This document shows, in pieces, positions 20,766 through 31,382 of a stretch of DNA of 64,000 bases. The stretch is from Longimicrobiales bacterium (lineage in GTDB: Bacteria; Gemmatimonadota; Gemmatimonadetes; Longimicrobiales; Gaopeijiaceae), in NCBI GenBank assembly GCA_965218295.1, contig CBDCKN010000014.1, positions 1-64,000 of the forward strand, in the 5' to 3' direction. Position 1 is the first letter of the stretch. Each line of letters starts with the position of its first letter. The notes under the pieces were generated by a model. The model was not told the origin of the DNA, searched no databases, and worked only from the letters and a program-made list of their open reading frames with translations. Position numbers and translations under genes: made by a program.

Positions 20766-20803
20766 AAAGACCGGGCGGCCCATGCTGACGCCCGGTCTTT
20801 TTT
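20766..20803 (+). terminator. Rho-independent terminator
   Basis: AAAGACCGGGCG...CGCCCGGTCTTT stem followed by a T run. Confidence 0.8.
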
Positions 20804-20836
20804 CGCCCTTGCGGCCCGTTTAGATTAACGCCCGTT

Positions 20837-20909
20837 GCGGGCGTAGCTCAGTTGGTAGAGCATCAGCTTCCCAAGCTGAGGGTCGCCGGTTCGAGTCCGG
20901 TCGCCCGCT
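20837..20909 (+). tRNA. tRNA-Gly(CCC)
   Basis: GCGGGCG acceptor stem, D loop AGTTGGTAGA, anticodon arm CAGC-TTCCCAA-GCTG, TTCGAGT T loop; CCA not encoded. Confidence 0.96.
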
Positions 20910-21046
20910 TTGATGAAACACCAAGCGCCACAAGGCTTTCCGGCCCACGGACCGGAAGATCACTCCTGGGGTCATGGCCAAGTACGCACGGCTGGTGTCG
21001 TCGGCCGCCACGGGGGCGACGACTAGCTGACACGAGGCGAGGGCAC

Positions 21047-21649
21047 TCAACCCGTGGCCGCTGCCCTCCGCGCGTCCTCGAACACCTGGATCCGGCTCTC
21101 GAGCTGGAGCGTGAGGGCGATGTCGTCGACGCCGTTCAGAAGGCAGCGCCTCCGGAAGGGATCGATGGAGAAGTCTGCTTGCCAGCCGTTTTTGTCACTG
21201 ACCTGTTGCGCCTTCAGATCCACCCTCATGGAGTACCCGCCGCCGGACTGGGCCGCCGCAATGACATGCGCGACCTCGTCTTCGGCCAGTTCGATGGGCA
21301 GCAAGCCATTCTGGAAGCTGTTGCTTCTGAAGATGTCGGCGAAGTTCGGCGCGATGACGGCCCGGAATCCGAAGTCGGTCAGCGCCCAGGGCGCGTGCTC
21401 CCTGGACGAGCCACATCCGAAGTTTCGGCCCGCGACGAGGATGCTGGCTCCGGCGTACTCGGGGCGGTTGAGGGAGAAGTCGGGGTCCGGAGAGCCGTCC
21501 TCACGGGCGCGCCAATCGTGAAAGAGAAACTGGCCGTATCCGGTGCGCTCGATCCGCTTCAGGAACTGCTTCGGGATGATCTGATCTGTGTCCACGTCGA
21601 CGCGATCCAACGGCGCCACCAGCCCGGTGTGTGTGGTGAAAGGCTCCAC
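21047..21649 (-). CDS. leuD: 3-isopropylmalate dehydratase small subunit
   Basis: [24 protein letters not shown] and FADIF motifs. Confidence 0.96.
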   Translation of the reverse strand: MEPFTTHTGLVAPLDRVDVDTDQIIPKQFLKRIERTGYGQFLFHDWRAREDGSPDPDFSLNRPEYAGASILVAGRNFGCGSSREHAPWALTDFGFRAVIAPNFADIFRSNSFQNGLLPIELAEDEVAHVIAAAQSGGGYSMRVDLKAQQVSDKNGWQADFSIDPFRRRCLLNGVDDIALTLQLESRIQVFEDARRAAATG

Positions 21650-21652
21650 GGG

Positions 21653-23005
21653 TCAGACCCAATCCCGAATGTCGACGAAGCGGCCGGCTACGGCCGCGGC
21701 CGCCGCCATCTGCGGGCTCACCAGGTGCGTTCGTCCCCCCCGCCCCTGGCGTCCCTCGAAGTTACGGTTGGAGGTGGATGCGCAGCGCTCGCCGGGGCCC
21801 AGGATGTCCGGGTTCATCCCCAAGCACATGGAGCACCCCGCTTCCCGCCACTCGAAGCCCGCCTCGATGAACACCCGGTCGAGGCCCTCTTCTTCGGCGG
21901 CGCGCTTCACCGCCGCCGATCCGGGAACCACCATGGCACGGACACTCTCGTGGACTTCGTGACCGTCCAGGACCGAGGCGGCGGCCCGCAGGTCCTCGAT
22001 TCGGGCGTTGGTGCAGGATCCCAGGAAGACCCGGTCGATGGAGACCTCTTGGATGGGAGTACCGGGCTTCAGGTCCATGTAGGCGAGAGCCCGCTCCACC
22101 GCCTCCCGATCGTCGGCCGATGCGGCGGATTCGGGGCCCGGGATGCTTCCCGTGACCGGGATCGACATCCCCGAGTTGGTCCCCCACGTGACGAAGGGCT
22201 CCAGGGACGCTGCATCGACCTCCACGGTCTTGTCGAAGGTGGACCCTTCGTCGGTGGCGACCTCCCGCCAGCGGGACACGGCGTGCTCGAATGCGTCCCC
22301 CTGGGGCGCCCTGGGCCGTCCCTCCAGATAGCGGAAGGTAGTCTCGTCGGGAGCGATCATGCCGGCGCGAGCACCCGCTTCGATGGACATGTTGCAGACC
22401 GTCATGCGCTCCTCCATGGAGAGCGCTCGGACTGCCTCGCCCGTGTACTCGATGACGTGGCCGGTGCCGCCCGCTATCCCGATCTGGGCGATGATGCCGA
22501 GGATCAGATCCTTTGCCGTCACTCCAGGCGGCAGCTCCCCATTGACCCGGATCTCCATGGACTTGGGCCGGGCCCTGGGCATGCACTGCGTCGCCAGCAC
22601 GTGCTCGACCTGGGATGTGCCGATCCCCATGGCCAGAGCCCCGAACGCTCCGTGCGTAGACGTGTGGCTGTCGCCGCACACGAGGATACCCTGGTGGGGG
22701 CTGTCGACGTCGAAAAGCTCGATCCCGAATTCCTCTGCGTTCCTGCTGAGCGCCCCGATCTGGAGACGGGCCAGGTCGTCGAGGATGGGAAGGGAGCGGT
22801 CGGTGGTGGGCACGTTGTGGTCGACGGTGGCCACACAGAGCTCGGGACGCCGCACAGTCCGGCCCGCCAGGCGAAGCCCCTCGAACGCTTGCGCCGAGGT
22901 CACCTCGTGGAGGAGGTGGAGATCGATGTAAAGGAGGTCCGGCCTGCCCTCCTCGCTGTGCACGAGATGGGCGTCCCAGATCTTGTCCAGCATCGTCCTA
23001 GGCAT
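21653..23005 (-). CDS. leuC: 3-isopropylmalate dehydratase large subunit with an apparent ~16-aa in-frame deletion
   Basis: HEVTS, CGDSHT, GSCTN, GCSMC and TSNRNF motifs; HQGI runs straight into LVCGDSHT. Confidence 0.9.
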   Translation of the reverse strand: MPRTMLDKIWDAHLVHSEEGRPDLLYIDLHLLHEVTSAQAFEGLRLAGRTVRRPELCVATVDHNVPTTDRSLPILDDLARLQIGALSRNAEEFGIELFDVDSPHQGILVCGDSHTSTHGAFGALAMGIGTSQVEHVLATQCMPRARPKSMEIRVNGELPPGVTAKDLILGIIAQIGIAGGTGHVIEYTGEAVRALSMEERMTVCNMSIEAGARAGMIAPDETTFRYLEGRPRAPQGDAFEHAVSRWREVATDEGSTFDKTVEVDAASLEPFVTWGTNSGMSIPVTGSIPGPESAASADDREAVERALAYMDLKPGTPIQEVSIDRVFLGSCTNARIEDLRAAASVLDGHEVHESVRAMVVPGSAAVKRAAEEEGLDRVFIEAGFEWREAGCSMCLGMNPDILGPGERCASTSNRNFEGRQGRGGRTHLVSPQMAAAAAVAGRFVDIRDWV

Positions 23006-24125
23006 GGGATGACGTCTCTTCGCTCGCCACGTCGTCGACGCTCACGACACCGGCCTCGGCCTTGCTGACAGCATCGGCCACGGCTTCACCCATGGCTTCC
23101 GTTCCAACCGCTGGCTCATCGCCACGAGCCAGGTCCGGTGTTCGCAGCCCGCCCTCAAGGACCTGTTCCACCGCGGTTTCGATGGCCCTGGCCTCCGCCT
23201 CGTGTCCGTAGACGTGACGGAGCAGCAGTGCCGCCGACAGGATGGTGGCGAGGGGATTGGCAGCGCCCGTTCCTGCGATGTCCGGCGCCGAGCCGTGGAC
23301 CGGCTCGAAGATTCCACCGTCTCCACCGATGCTCGCGGAAGCAAGCAGCCCGATGGATCCCACCACCGCGGCGGCTTCGTCGCTCAACACGTCGCCGAAG
23401 AGGTTCGGCGTGAGCATCACGTCGAGGCGGGTGGGATTGAGCACGAGCTCCATGGCGGCCCGGTCGACGAGCATGTGATGGCACTCCACATCGGGATAAT
23501 CCTCCGCCACGCCGTCGACCACCTCGCGCCAGAGTCTCGAGCTGTGGAGGACGTTGGCCTTGTCGATGGAGAGGACCTTCTTCCGCCGGCCCCGGGCCGT
23601 CTCGAAGGCCACCTTGGCAATCCTGACGACTTCGTCCCGGTGGTACCGCATGGTGTCCACTGCGGCCTGGCCGCCGTCGACGGCGCCGCGGGGCTTTCCG
23701 TAGTAGATCCCGCCGGCCAGCTCGCGGACGATCACCAGGTCCGTGCCGTCGACACGCTCGCGGCGCAGTGGAGACGCGTCCGCGAGGGCGGCGAGGAGAC
23801 GAACCGGACGGAGGTTTGCGAAGCACCCCATCTCCTGCCGCAAGGCCAGGAGAGCCGCCTCCGGCCGTACCTCGGGATCGAGGCCGTCTCCGCGGGGATC
23901 GCCGACGGCTCCCAGGAGCACGGCGTCTGCCGACCGACAGGCCTCCAGGGTGTCTTCGGGAAGCGGGACGCCGTGGCGGTCGTAGGCGGCCCAGCCCACG
24001 TCGTGGAAGTCCAGGCTCGCTTCGTGACCGAAGCGCTCGGCTGTCGCCCGAAGCACTAGAACAGCCGCGTCGATTACCTCGGAGCCGACTCCGTCCCCGG
24101 GGAGAACGGCGATGCGCCAATTCAT
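22998..24125 (-). CDS. leuB: 3-isopropylmalate dehydrogenase
   Basis: [33 protein letters not shown] and [12 protein letters not shown] motifs; ATG at 24125. Confidence 0.95.
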   Translation of the reverse strand: MNWRIAVLPGDGVGSEVIDAAVLVLRATAERFGHEASLDFHDVGWAAYDRHGVPLPEDTLEACRSADAVLLGAVGDPRGDGLDPEVRPEAALLALRQEMGCFANLRPVRLLAALADASPLRRERVDGTDLVIVRELAGGIYYGKPRGAVDGGQAAVDTMRYHRDEVVRIAKVAFETARGRRKKVLSIDKANVLHSSRLWREVVDGVAEDYPDVECHHMLVDRAAMELVLNPTRLDVMLTPNLFGDVLSDEAAAVVGSIGLLASASIGGDGGIFEPVHGSAPDIAGTGAANPLATILSAALLLRHVYGHEAEARAIETAVEQVLEGGLRTPDLARGDEPAVGTEAMGEAVADAVSKAEAGVVSVDDVASEETSSHA

Positions 24126-24126
24126 G

Positions 24127-24790
24127 TCAGACGCCCCAAAGGTAGCTTTCCTTCTCCAGTTCCATCCCCTCGAGGGTCTTGGCCTGCTCCGCCTTGTTAA
24201 GGGCATGGATGTAGGCGCGGGCCGCGGCGTCCACCACATCGGTAGACGCCCCTCGCCCGGCGAAGGTCCGTCCGTCGATGCGGGCGTGGAGGTTCACCTC
24301 GCCGACGGCGTCCCGACCCGGAGTGGCAGCCACGATCTCGAAATCCGCGATCTCGACGGTGGAGTCGGTCAGCTCGTCGATGGCCGAGAACGCTGCTGCG
24401 ATGGGTCCGTCGCCTTTGCCTTGAGGGCCATCACGATCTCTTCGAGAGACGCGTTGCCGGCACGCTCCCCGATGCCGTTGATGGTACACTCGACCTGCCG
24501 CGCACCGGCCTCGATGGCGGCCAGAGAGTTCGCGACCGCGAGCCCGAGATCGTCGTGACAATGGACGCTGACCACCGTGTTCTCCAGGCCCTCAACGTCG
24601 CGGAACAGCGTCTCCATGAGCGCCGCGTACTCCCGGGGCAAGGTGTAGCCCACGGTGTCGGGGATGTTGATGGTAGTGGCGCCCGCCTCCACTGCTGCCC
24701 GTATAACCTGACAGAGGAACGCCACGTCGGTCCGGGTCGCGTCTTCGGCGCTGAACTCCACGTCGTCGGCGACTCGCCGGGCCCTCTCGC
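24127..24790 (-). pseudogene. leuA: 2-isopropylmalate synthase remnant (5'-truncated, internal deletion with frame change)
   Basis: [37 protein letters not shown] joined out of frame to the regulatory-domain end GDGPIAA..STDVV..ALN. Confidence 0.9.
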
Positions 24791-24883
24791 GAAAGAAACT
24801 CCCGACGCCTCGATTACTCACGGCCCGGAGGCCGCTCTGTACGTTGCCCTGCCGGCGGCTCCGGGTCAAGGCAGGAGGGCGAT

Positions 24884-25354
24884 ATGTCCGAGTCTAAGAA
24901 GTACACGCTCCCCCGTGTGCTGGAGATCGTCAGGGGCCACGCCGTAGCACTCTTCGCCGCCGCCGAGGGCCTTGATGACGTCGACGGAAAGGACCCCGAC
25001 ATACTTGCACTTGTCGGCGAGCGGGCACTCAAGGCGTCAGTAGACCTGTGGGCGATCGAGAACATCGTAGGAACCAACCGGGGGAAGATCGCCGAGTGGA
25101 ATGACTCCACGCGGATTTATCGTTCCCTCTTCACTCTACCAACACTCGCGCTGGCCGTAGAGGCTGCCGGCACCGATCCGCACACCGTATTGTCCGTTGA
25201 CGAACCGTGGTCATGGTGCCGATTCCAAACGTCTGCGGAACGGCGACCACGCCGGGACGGACGTTTTCATCGCCCACAGCTTCTCCCATTAGCTCCTGAA
25301 TCGTTTCAAAGGCAAGTCGGGCCAGGTCCGAGAGAAGCTCCCGTCGGTGCATGA
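24884..25354 (+). CDS. Hypothetical protein (3' part overlaps IS91 remnant; probably truncated)
   Basis: AGGAGG RBS plus ATG; no recognisable motif. Confidence 0.35.
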   Translation: MSESKKYTLPRVLEIVRGHAVALFAAAEGLDDVDGKDPDILALVGERALKASVDLWAIENIVGTNRGKIAEWNDSTRIYRSLFTLPTLALAVEAAGTDPHTVLSVDEPWSWCRFQTSAERRPRRDGRFHRPQLLPLAPESFQRQVGPGPREAPVGA

Positions 25355-25700
25355 AGTAAGGCCGCAGCACTTTGGGATCGTAAGTGTCCACAAACAATGG
25401 CCGACGTTCTCGAGTAGCTCATCTTTGAGAAAGGCGGCAAACGCAGCCGCTCGCGTCGCATCGCACGACGGGAAGATACCCTTTTGTTTCGGCTGAGCGT
25501 CAACAGTCGTTCGGCACCGCATGCCCGGCATTGAAGCCTTGCGAAACCCGCTTCCTCGGTTCCACAATCGAGGTAGCGGGCGACGACGCTGTCCACGAAG
25601 CCGTGCCAGTACCCATACTTTTTCTCAAGCGCTCCTCCCACAGGGCTTTCACATCTTCGTAGTAGGCCTCAAGGAGCTGATACAGCAGTGTGGCTCGACT
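25225..25700 (-). pseudogene. IS91-family transposase remnant (Zn-binding N-terminal part, frameshifted)
   Basis: LYQLLEAYYE..RYLDCG..GFARLQC..C..KQKG.PSC..WTLTIPK..LRPYF..PQTFG spread over several frames. Confidence 0.8.
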
Positions 25701-25790
25701 CAAGGTGGAGCTCGAGTTTCTCGCTCTCTATGTCGAGATCGAGCAGATGCGCTTCGGCGACCGTCTCTCGGTGGAGGTCGACGCGGGCCC
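25695..25790 (+). pseudogene. Fragment of a LytS-type sensor histidine kinase
   Basis: LKVELEFLALYVEIEQMRFGDRL matches the LytS His_kinase motif; nothing else remains. Confidence 0.6.
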
Positions 25791-25931
25791 CGGAGACACG
25801 GGATCTCGCTGGCGCGGCCAGCGGACGTGTAGTACTGTGAGCTTGACTCCGGCTCCTGGAGTGTCACCAGCGGTTGCGGAAGACGGCTGTCAGCCCCGAC
25901 CTGGATTCCTCCAGCCTGTGAGGTTCGGCTC

Positions 25932-27014
25932 ATGAGATGGACTCGACCGTCGATCATTCCCGGCTTGATTATCGTTTGCCTTACGTTCGGCTGCACTCCG
26001 TCTGAAGAGACCGCCGAGACACAGGCCTCCCCTGACGAGATCAGCGTCGCTGCCAAGCGCCCATTCTTCGCCGGCACCTGCAACATCTGTCCGTGGGGCC
26101 AGATGGCGCAGATCATCAAGGCCGCCATGGCGCCGTATGGATACGACGTCCAGCTCTGCCACCATTGTGGCGGATCGGATGGACCGCGCTATATGGGAGA
26201 CAAGGAGGTTACGCCTCCACGGGACGAATCCAGGCGGGCCGACATGGAAGCGCGGGGGATTATCATGGCGCCATCACCGGCGGTGCCGCCCGACTTCGGC
26301 GTCACGATCCATGAGTGGCTTCGCTGGGCCTACGACGGCACGCATTATTACGAGGGAGAGGGCCCGCGGCAGAATCTGCGAGTCATCGCGGCGCTTCAAA
26401 ATCCTTGGTATCTCATCGCGGCTGCAACGAAGGAATCCGGGATCACGGATCTCCGTCAGGCCGTCGGCGAGCCAGTTAATGTGCTGGTCGATCCCTACGA
26501 GTACGGCTCGAAGGTCCTCACCTATTACGGGTTGACCGAGGAATCGGTCACGGCCGCCGGGGGTTGGATCCGGAGGGATAGGAGGCGCGAAGACCGGGAT
26601 GGGTTCGATCTCATTGTTCATATCGGCACGCTGAACAACACGCCGGAGTTCAGAGTCTGGCAAGAGCTCAGCCAGAAACACGATCTCACCTTTTTGCAAC
26701 TCGAAGAGGAGCTACTGAACCAGTTTGTCGAAGAGCACAATATGGAGCGCCGGGAGATACCCGAGGGCTTCATGCGCGGAGTCGACGGGCCTATCCCCAC
26801 GGTCGCGTCTCATATCGAAGTGATCTACGGACGCGATGAGCTTCCCGACGACTTCGTCTATGACGTCGCAAGGGCAATCGACGAACATCAGGATCTGCTC
26901 GCGTGGAAGATCGATTGGGCTTCCTACAACCAGCACACCGTCTGGAAGATCCCGGGTGTGCCGCTTCATCCGGGGGCGGAGCGGTACTATCGCGAGAAGG
27001 GATATATGCCCTGA
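25932..27014 (+). CDS. TAXI-family TRAP solute-binding lipoprotein
   Basis: Lipobox TFGC, ELPDDFVYDVARAI, C-terminal PLHPGAERYYREKG TAXI signature. Confidence 0.85.
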   Translation: MRWTRPSIIPGLIIVCLTFGCTPSEETAETQASPDEISVAAKRPFFAGTCNICPWGQMAQIIKAAMAPYGYDVQLCHHCGGSDGPRYMGDKEVTPPRDESRRADMEARGIIMAPSPAVPPDFGVTIHEWLRWAYDGTHYYEGEGPRQNLRVIAALQNPWYLIAAATKESGITDLRQAVGEPVNVLVDPYEYGSKVLTYYGLTEESVTAAGGWIRRDRRREDRDGFDLIVHIGTLNNTPEFRVWQELSQKHDLTFLQLEEELLNQFVEEHNMERREIPEGFMRGVDGPIPTVASHIEVIYGRDELPDDFVYDVARAIDEHQDLLAWKIDWASYNQHTVWKIPGVPLHPGAERYYREKGYMP

Positions 27015-27079
27015 TCGCGCACCTGTGCGCACATAAGCACGCACAGAAACACCTGTTGTTTGAAGGTGCGTCCCACGCG

Positions 27080-27405
27080 TGGGCGCACGGGCAACGGCGG
27101 CAGGACATGGTCGACGAGATGGGCTGCGGTCTCGACCATACGGCGGGCATTGCAGGACGGACATACTCCCCGGCCCTTGCAGGAGAACGCCACCAGAAAG
27201 TCGTAGCCACAACCGGCACACCGGGCTCGTGCGAATCCATGAGCGAGAATGCCACAGCGCAGGTAGGCCCGGAAGTCGCGCTCGACCCACGAGGGGACGC
27301 TGCCCCCCATGGGGTCCGCCTCGGCGGCCTCTGTGAGGAAGGTCTCGAGGTGGTGCTGGACCAGCGGGTAGAGCGGCGTCTGAGTGGGACGGCGCCGGCG
27401 GTAGA
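27080..27405 (-). pseudogene. Second IS91-family transposase N-terminal remnant
   Basis: YRRRRPTQTPLY..YLRCGILAHGFAR..C..CG..SCKGRGVCPSC..LVDHVLP, then truncated. Confidence 0.85.
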
Positions 27406-27715
27406 CGGGCCCACAGTTTGGTGCGGTGGGCCGAAGGGGCGGCCCTGATCGAGAGTTGACCCGTGTACGCCACGACGTGGGGTGCATCCCGGACCCTTCG
27501 CGTATCCACCCTCCAGGGTTCCCCTTCGCAGAGGTGTACGTATCTTTACATCGTGAGTATACGTACGGGCCCGAATACTGATCGCCGAAGTACTCGGACA
27601 GGTCCCAGAGGTATGAGAGGTTCGGAAGCCGAAGCCCGCCGCGATGAAGCGGCTCGATGGCAAACCCCACACCCTTTGGATAGTGGGCTCCGAGAATGCC
27701 CAGGTCGCCCGCCTT

Positions 27716-27823
27716 TGGAGTTGACCCCATTCGGTGGACACTTAATCACTTGGGTGAGAAAGGAGTCCACGGATGCCGAGAACGCGACGGCCGTATCCTC
27801 CGGAGTTCCGGGAGCAGATGGTG
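27716..27823 (+). mobile_element. IS3-family left-end remnant
   Basis: TGGAGTTGACCCC..GTGGACAC end, AAGGAG RBS, OrfA start [17 protein letters not shown]; abuts the truncated MaoC gene. Confidence 0.65.
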
Positions 27824-28166
27824 CACCTCGCTCTCCGCGTAGACCGTGTCCCCGTTGAAGACGGGAGCGGTGAGCCTGATGTCGGTCCAGCCCAGGTTCG
27901 CGATCACCTTCTGGCTGAGATCGCTCACGCTCATCCCCACCACGATGGCCAGGGTGAGGCAGCTGTTCCAGCAGGGGCCTCCCGAACTCGCTCTTCGCCG
28001 CGTACTCCCGGTCGAAGTGCAGCGAGTGCGTGTTCATGGTGAGGAGGGTGAACCAGATGTTGTCGCTTTCGGTGATCGTCCGTCCCGGCCGGTGCTCGTA
28101 GACGTCCCCGACCTCGAAGTCCTCGAAGTAGCGGCCGATGTCCTCCCGGTACCGCTTCGTTTCCAC
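27824..28166 (-). pseudogene. MaoC-family dehydratase, frameshifted and 3'-truncated
   Basis: [28 protein letters not shown] in one frame; [24 protein letters not shown] in another. Confidence 0.85.
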
Positions 28167-28211
28167 CTCCCTAGCCTAGACCATTGGTTTTCCTCCGTCG
28201 TCCGTCGGTGT

Positions 28212-29615
28212 TCAGTCGCCGGCCTGGGCCATTGCCCGGCGGGGGGCGGCCCATCGGAAGAAATCCGCGACGGGCGAGGTCTCCAGGCTCATGATCGTCT
28301 CATGGAGAGCCTCCTCCGCCTCTTCCGGGAGATAGGGTCCCACCAGGCTGGAGAACTTCCCCCGCATCTCCTCGTCGGTCATGAAGTTGTCCGGCTCGCC
28401 CTTGGGGACCGCCACGAAGGCCTCGTGGGCGGCGCCGTCGTCCATGGTGATCTTCACCGAGCCGGACATGTTCCTGGGGAACTCCGCCTCCGCCCGCGCG
28501 TCCTGCCCCACGCTGATCCTCTCCATTAGCGAGAGAGTCTCAGGGTCCCCGAGGTGTACCTTATAGTCGTCCCAGACCAAGCGGCCCTCCCTGACGCCCA
28601 CGGCGGCCACGAAGTGCATCGAGAACTGACCGTCCACGACGCTCATCGGGCGGCGCTTCCGGTCCTGAGGCTCCCCCGTCATGTCCACGCCCTTCCGGGG
28701 GAGGCCCACCTCCACCGCGCGGATCCGCGTCGGGTCGATCCGGTGCTCGTGCCCGAGGGCGATGACCGCGTCCAGGGCCGCGTGGGTGTAGCGGCAGGCC
28801 GGATACGGCTTGACGCCGACGCGCATCGTCTCCCACTCCCGGCCGAGTCCCGCCACGGCCTTCTCGGGGTCCGCGTTCGGGGCGTAGCCGTGCAGGAAGC
28901 CGTACCGGCCCTCGATCGCCCTGGCGGCCCCCCGGAGCCCCTCCCGGGAGAGGCTCGCCGCGATCAGGCCGTTCATGGCGGCGTTCCCCACCTGGAAGCG
29001 CTTCGTGTGGGCGCCGTTCTCCAGAAACTGGAGCGATCCCGCCGCCTGGCTCAGGCAGATGCCGAAGGCGTTCTCGATCTCCGGACGCGTCAGCCCGAAG
29101 ACGCGCCCCGCGGCGGCAGTGGCGGCGAACGTTCCGCACGTCGCCGTGGGGTGGAAGCCCCGGTCGTAGTGGTCCGAGGGCCCGAGGGCCATGCTGAGGC
29201 GGCAGGTGATCTCCACGCCGCCCACGATCCCCGCCAGGACGTCCCGGCCGGAGGCACCGCACATCTCCGCCGCGGCCAGGGCGGCGGGGACCACGGGGGC
29301 GCCGGTGTGGAGGGACCCGGCGGCGTGGGTGTCGTCGAAGTCCAGGCTATGACCCAGCGCGCCGTTCAGGAGGGCCGCCGCCGGGGGCGCGTACCCCTCC
29401 GGATCCCCGATGACGCCCGCGCTCCCGCCCGTGAGCCCCAGGGCCCGAACGGCCTCGAGGAGGGGCGGGGTGGAGTCGGCGTCGTGACGGGCACCGAGCG
29501 CGATGCCCACCAGGTCCAGCACCAGCAGCTTAGCGCGCCGCGCCACCTCGGGAGGGATGTCGTCCAGGGTGAGGTCGGCGGCGAAATCGGCCAGTTTCTC
29601 TGTTACGTGGATCAT
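28212..29615 (-). CDS. MmgE/PrpD family protein
   Basis: HSLDFDDTH, GFHPT, KPYPACRYTH and PKGEP motifs; ATG at 29615. Confidence 0.92.
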   Translation of the reverse strand: MIHVTEKLADFAADLTLDDIPPEVARRAKLLVLDLVGIALGARHDADSTPPLLEAVRALGLTGGSAGVIGDPEGYAPPAAALLNGALGHSLDFDDTHAAGSLHTGAPVVPAALAAAEMCGASGRDVLAGIVGGVEITCRLSMALGPSDHYDRGFHPTATCGTFAATAAAGRVFGLTRPEIENAFGICLSQAAGSLQFLENGAHTKRFQVGNAAMNGLIAASLSREGLRGAARAIEGRYGFLHGYAPNADPEKAVAGLGREWETMRVGVKPYPACRYTHAALDAVIALGHEHRIDPTRIRAVEVGLPRKGVDMTGEPQDRKRRPMSVVDGQFSMHFVAAVGVREGRLVWDDYKVHLGDPETLSLMERISVGQDARAEAEFPRNMSGSVKITMDDGAAHEAFVAVPKGEPDNFMTDEEMRGKFSSLVGPYLPEEAEEALHETIMSLETSPVADFFRWAAPRRAMAQAGD

Positions 29616-29871
29616 GGCAGTCCTTCCGGAGTCGTGAGGACGATATGGTAGCGCGTCGCGGGAATGACTCGGCGGGGCCGTGAACCCTCCCCCGGAGCCA
29701 AAGGACCCTGCGGAGGACTCTAGCTCCGGTCCCCGTCGCCGGTGGCGGATAGTCGTTCGCGGATCCATCTCCGGCAACGGGACCGGATGCTCCAAGCCCA
29801 TAATAACATTACCGGCCCGCACATCCCGCAGTCAACGACCCTCCTGTGTGGGCGCCTGGCCGCCAACGCCC

Positions 29872-31326
29872 TTACCAGAGACCCAGCACCTTCCACCAGA
29901 GGCTCCCAACGCCCAACCAGATGGCGATGTTGGCCAAGCTGATGAGCGCCCCCATCTTCCACCAGGTTCCCACCTCCACGTAGCCGGACCCGAACAGCAC
30001 CGGAGCCGCACCCGTGCCGTAGTGTGTGATGCCGCTGAAGAGGCTGCTGAAGAACCCCAGGACCAACGCGGCCAGCATCGGCGGCGTTCCCACTGCCAGG
30101 GCCACGCCCAGGAAGGGGGCGTACATCGCGCTCACCTGGGCGGTGATGCTGGCGAAGAAGTAGTGGCTGTAGAAGTAGATCAGGCTGAGCCCGAGGAAGG
30201 CTGGGACCCAGCTCACGCCGCTCAGGCCGCCGGCCACCCGCTGGCTGAACCATGACGTGATCCCCAGCTCTCCCAGGTAAGTGGCCATCATCAGCAGGAT
30301 GGCGAACCAGACCATCGTGTTCCAGGCTTCTCGCTCCCGCAGGATGTCATCCCATGTGAGCACCTGGGCGAAGAGAAGCACCCCCACGCCTCCGAGTGCC
30401 GCCGCCGTGGCCGCGACCCCCAGGACCGTGCCCAGGCTCCACAGGAGCAAGAGCAGGAAGAAGACGCCCAGCATCATCCACTCGTCCCGCTTCATGGAAC
30501 CCATCTTCGACAGCTCTGTCCGGGCGATGTCGGCCGCGGCTGGGGTCTCCTTGATCTCGGGCGGGTAGAGCCAGTAGATGAGCAGGGGGACCAGCACCAG
30601 GCTGAGCACGCCCGGAACCGACGCGGCCAGGGCCCAGGTGCCCCAGACGATCTCGATCCCGCTCTCCCCCGCCATCGCCACGGCCAGGGGGTTCGCCGCC
30701 ATGGCGGTGATGAACATGCCGCTGGTGACGACGGTCGCCTGGTAGGCGGTGAGGGTCAGGAAGCCCCCGATCCTGCGGGCCGTTCCGTCCTCGGGTTTGC
30801 TCCCCAGCGTCCTGGCCAACGAGCGGAGGATCGGGAAGACCAGCCCCCCGGAGCGTGCAGTGTTGCTGGGGATGGCGGGGGACAGGAAGAGGTCGGTGGC
30901 TACCAGGCCGTATGCCAGCCCCAGGCTCCTCTTCCCCAGCAGCGCCATGAAGAAGTAGGCGACCCGCGCCCCAAGTCCCGTCTCGATGAACCCACGGGCG
31001 ACGAAAAAGGCGCAGAGCACCAGCCACACCACAGGGTGGGCGAACCCGCTAAGCGCGTCGGGCACCCCGAGGGTACCGGTGAGGACCGTGACGGCAAGGC
31101 CGATTATGGCGATGGCGCTCATGGGAGCCGCCCGGACCATGATTCCGATGATCGTCGCCACGAAGATGGCGAGAAGGTGCCACCCCCGGGGCTCCACCCC
31201 CGCGGGTGGAGGCAGGAACCAGATCACGAGACCGATCAGGACGGCGACGAGGGAGACGGTCCGGACGCCCTCGACCGCTGGCGGCCCGACCTGCGGTTCG
31301 GCAGAGGGTTCGACGGGGGCGGTCAC
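29872..31326 (-). CDS. DASS-family anion (di/tricarboxylate) transporter, CitT-like
   Basis: WHLLAIFVATI, PSNTARSGG, TAMAANP, HYFFAS and THYGTG motifs; start uncertain. Confidence 0.9.
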   Translation of the reverse strand: MTAPVEPSAEPQVGPPAVEGVRTVSLVAVLIGLVIWFLPPPAGVEPRGWHLLAIFVATIIGIMVRAAPMSAIAIIGLAVTVLTGTLGVPDALSGFAHPVVWLVLCAFFVARGFIETGLGARVAYFFMALLGKRSLGLAYGLVATDLFLSPAIPSNTARSGGLVFPILRSLARTLGSKPEDGTARRIGGFLTLTAYQATVVTSGMFITAMAANPLAVAMAGESGIEIVWGTWALAASVPGVLSLVLVPLLIYWLYPPEIKETPAAADIARTELSKMGSMKRDEWMMLGVFFLLLLLWSLGTVLGVAATAAALGGVGVLLFAQVLTWDDILREREAWNTMVWFAILLMMATYLGELGITSWFSQRVAGGLSGVSWVPAFLGLSLIYFYSHYFFASITAQVSAMYAPFLGVALAVGTPPMLAALVLGFFSSLFSGITHYGTGAAPVLFGSGYVEVGTWWKMGALISLANIAIWLGVGSLWWKVLGLW

Positions 31327-31382
31327 CAGCTGTTCGGGTCGCTCATGGCAGATCCTCTCTGCTGGACGGGGTGCACGCGAGA

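Noticed and set aside
20852..23068. 738-aa plus-strand ORF and many similar long antisense ORFs
   Set aside because: Antisense shadows of GC-rich genes (leuC/leuD here, starting inside the tRNA); no motifs
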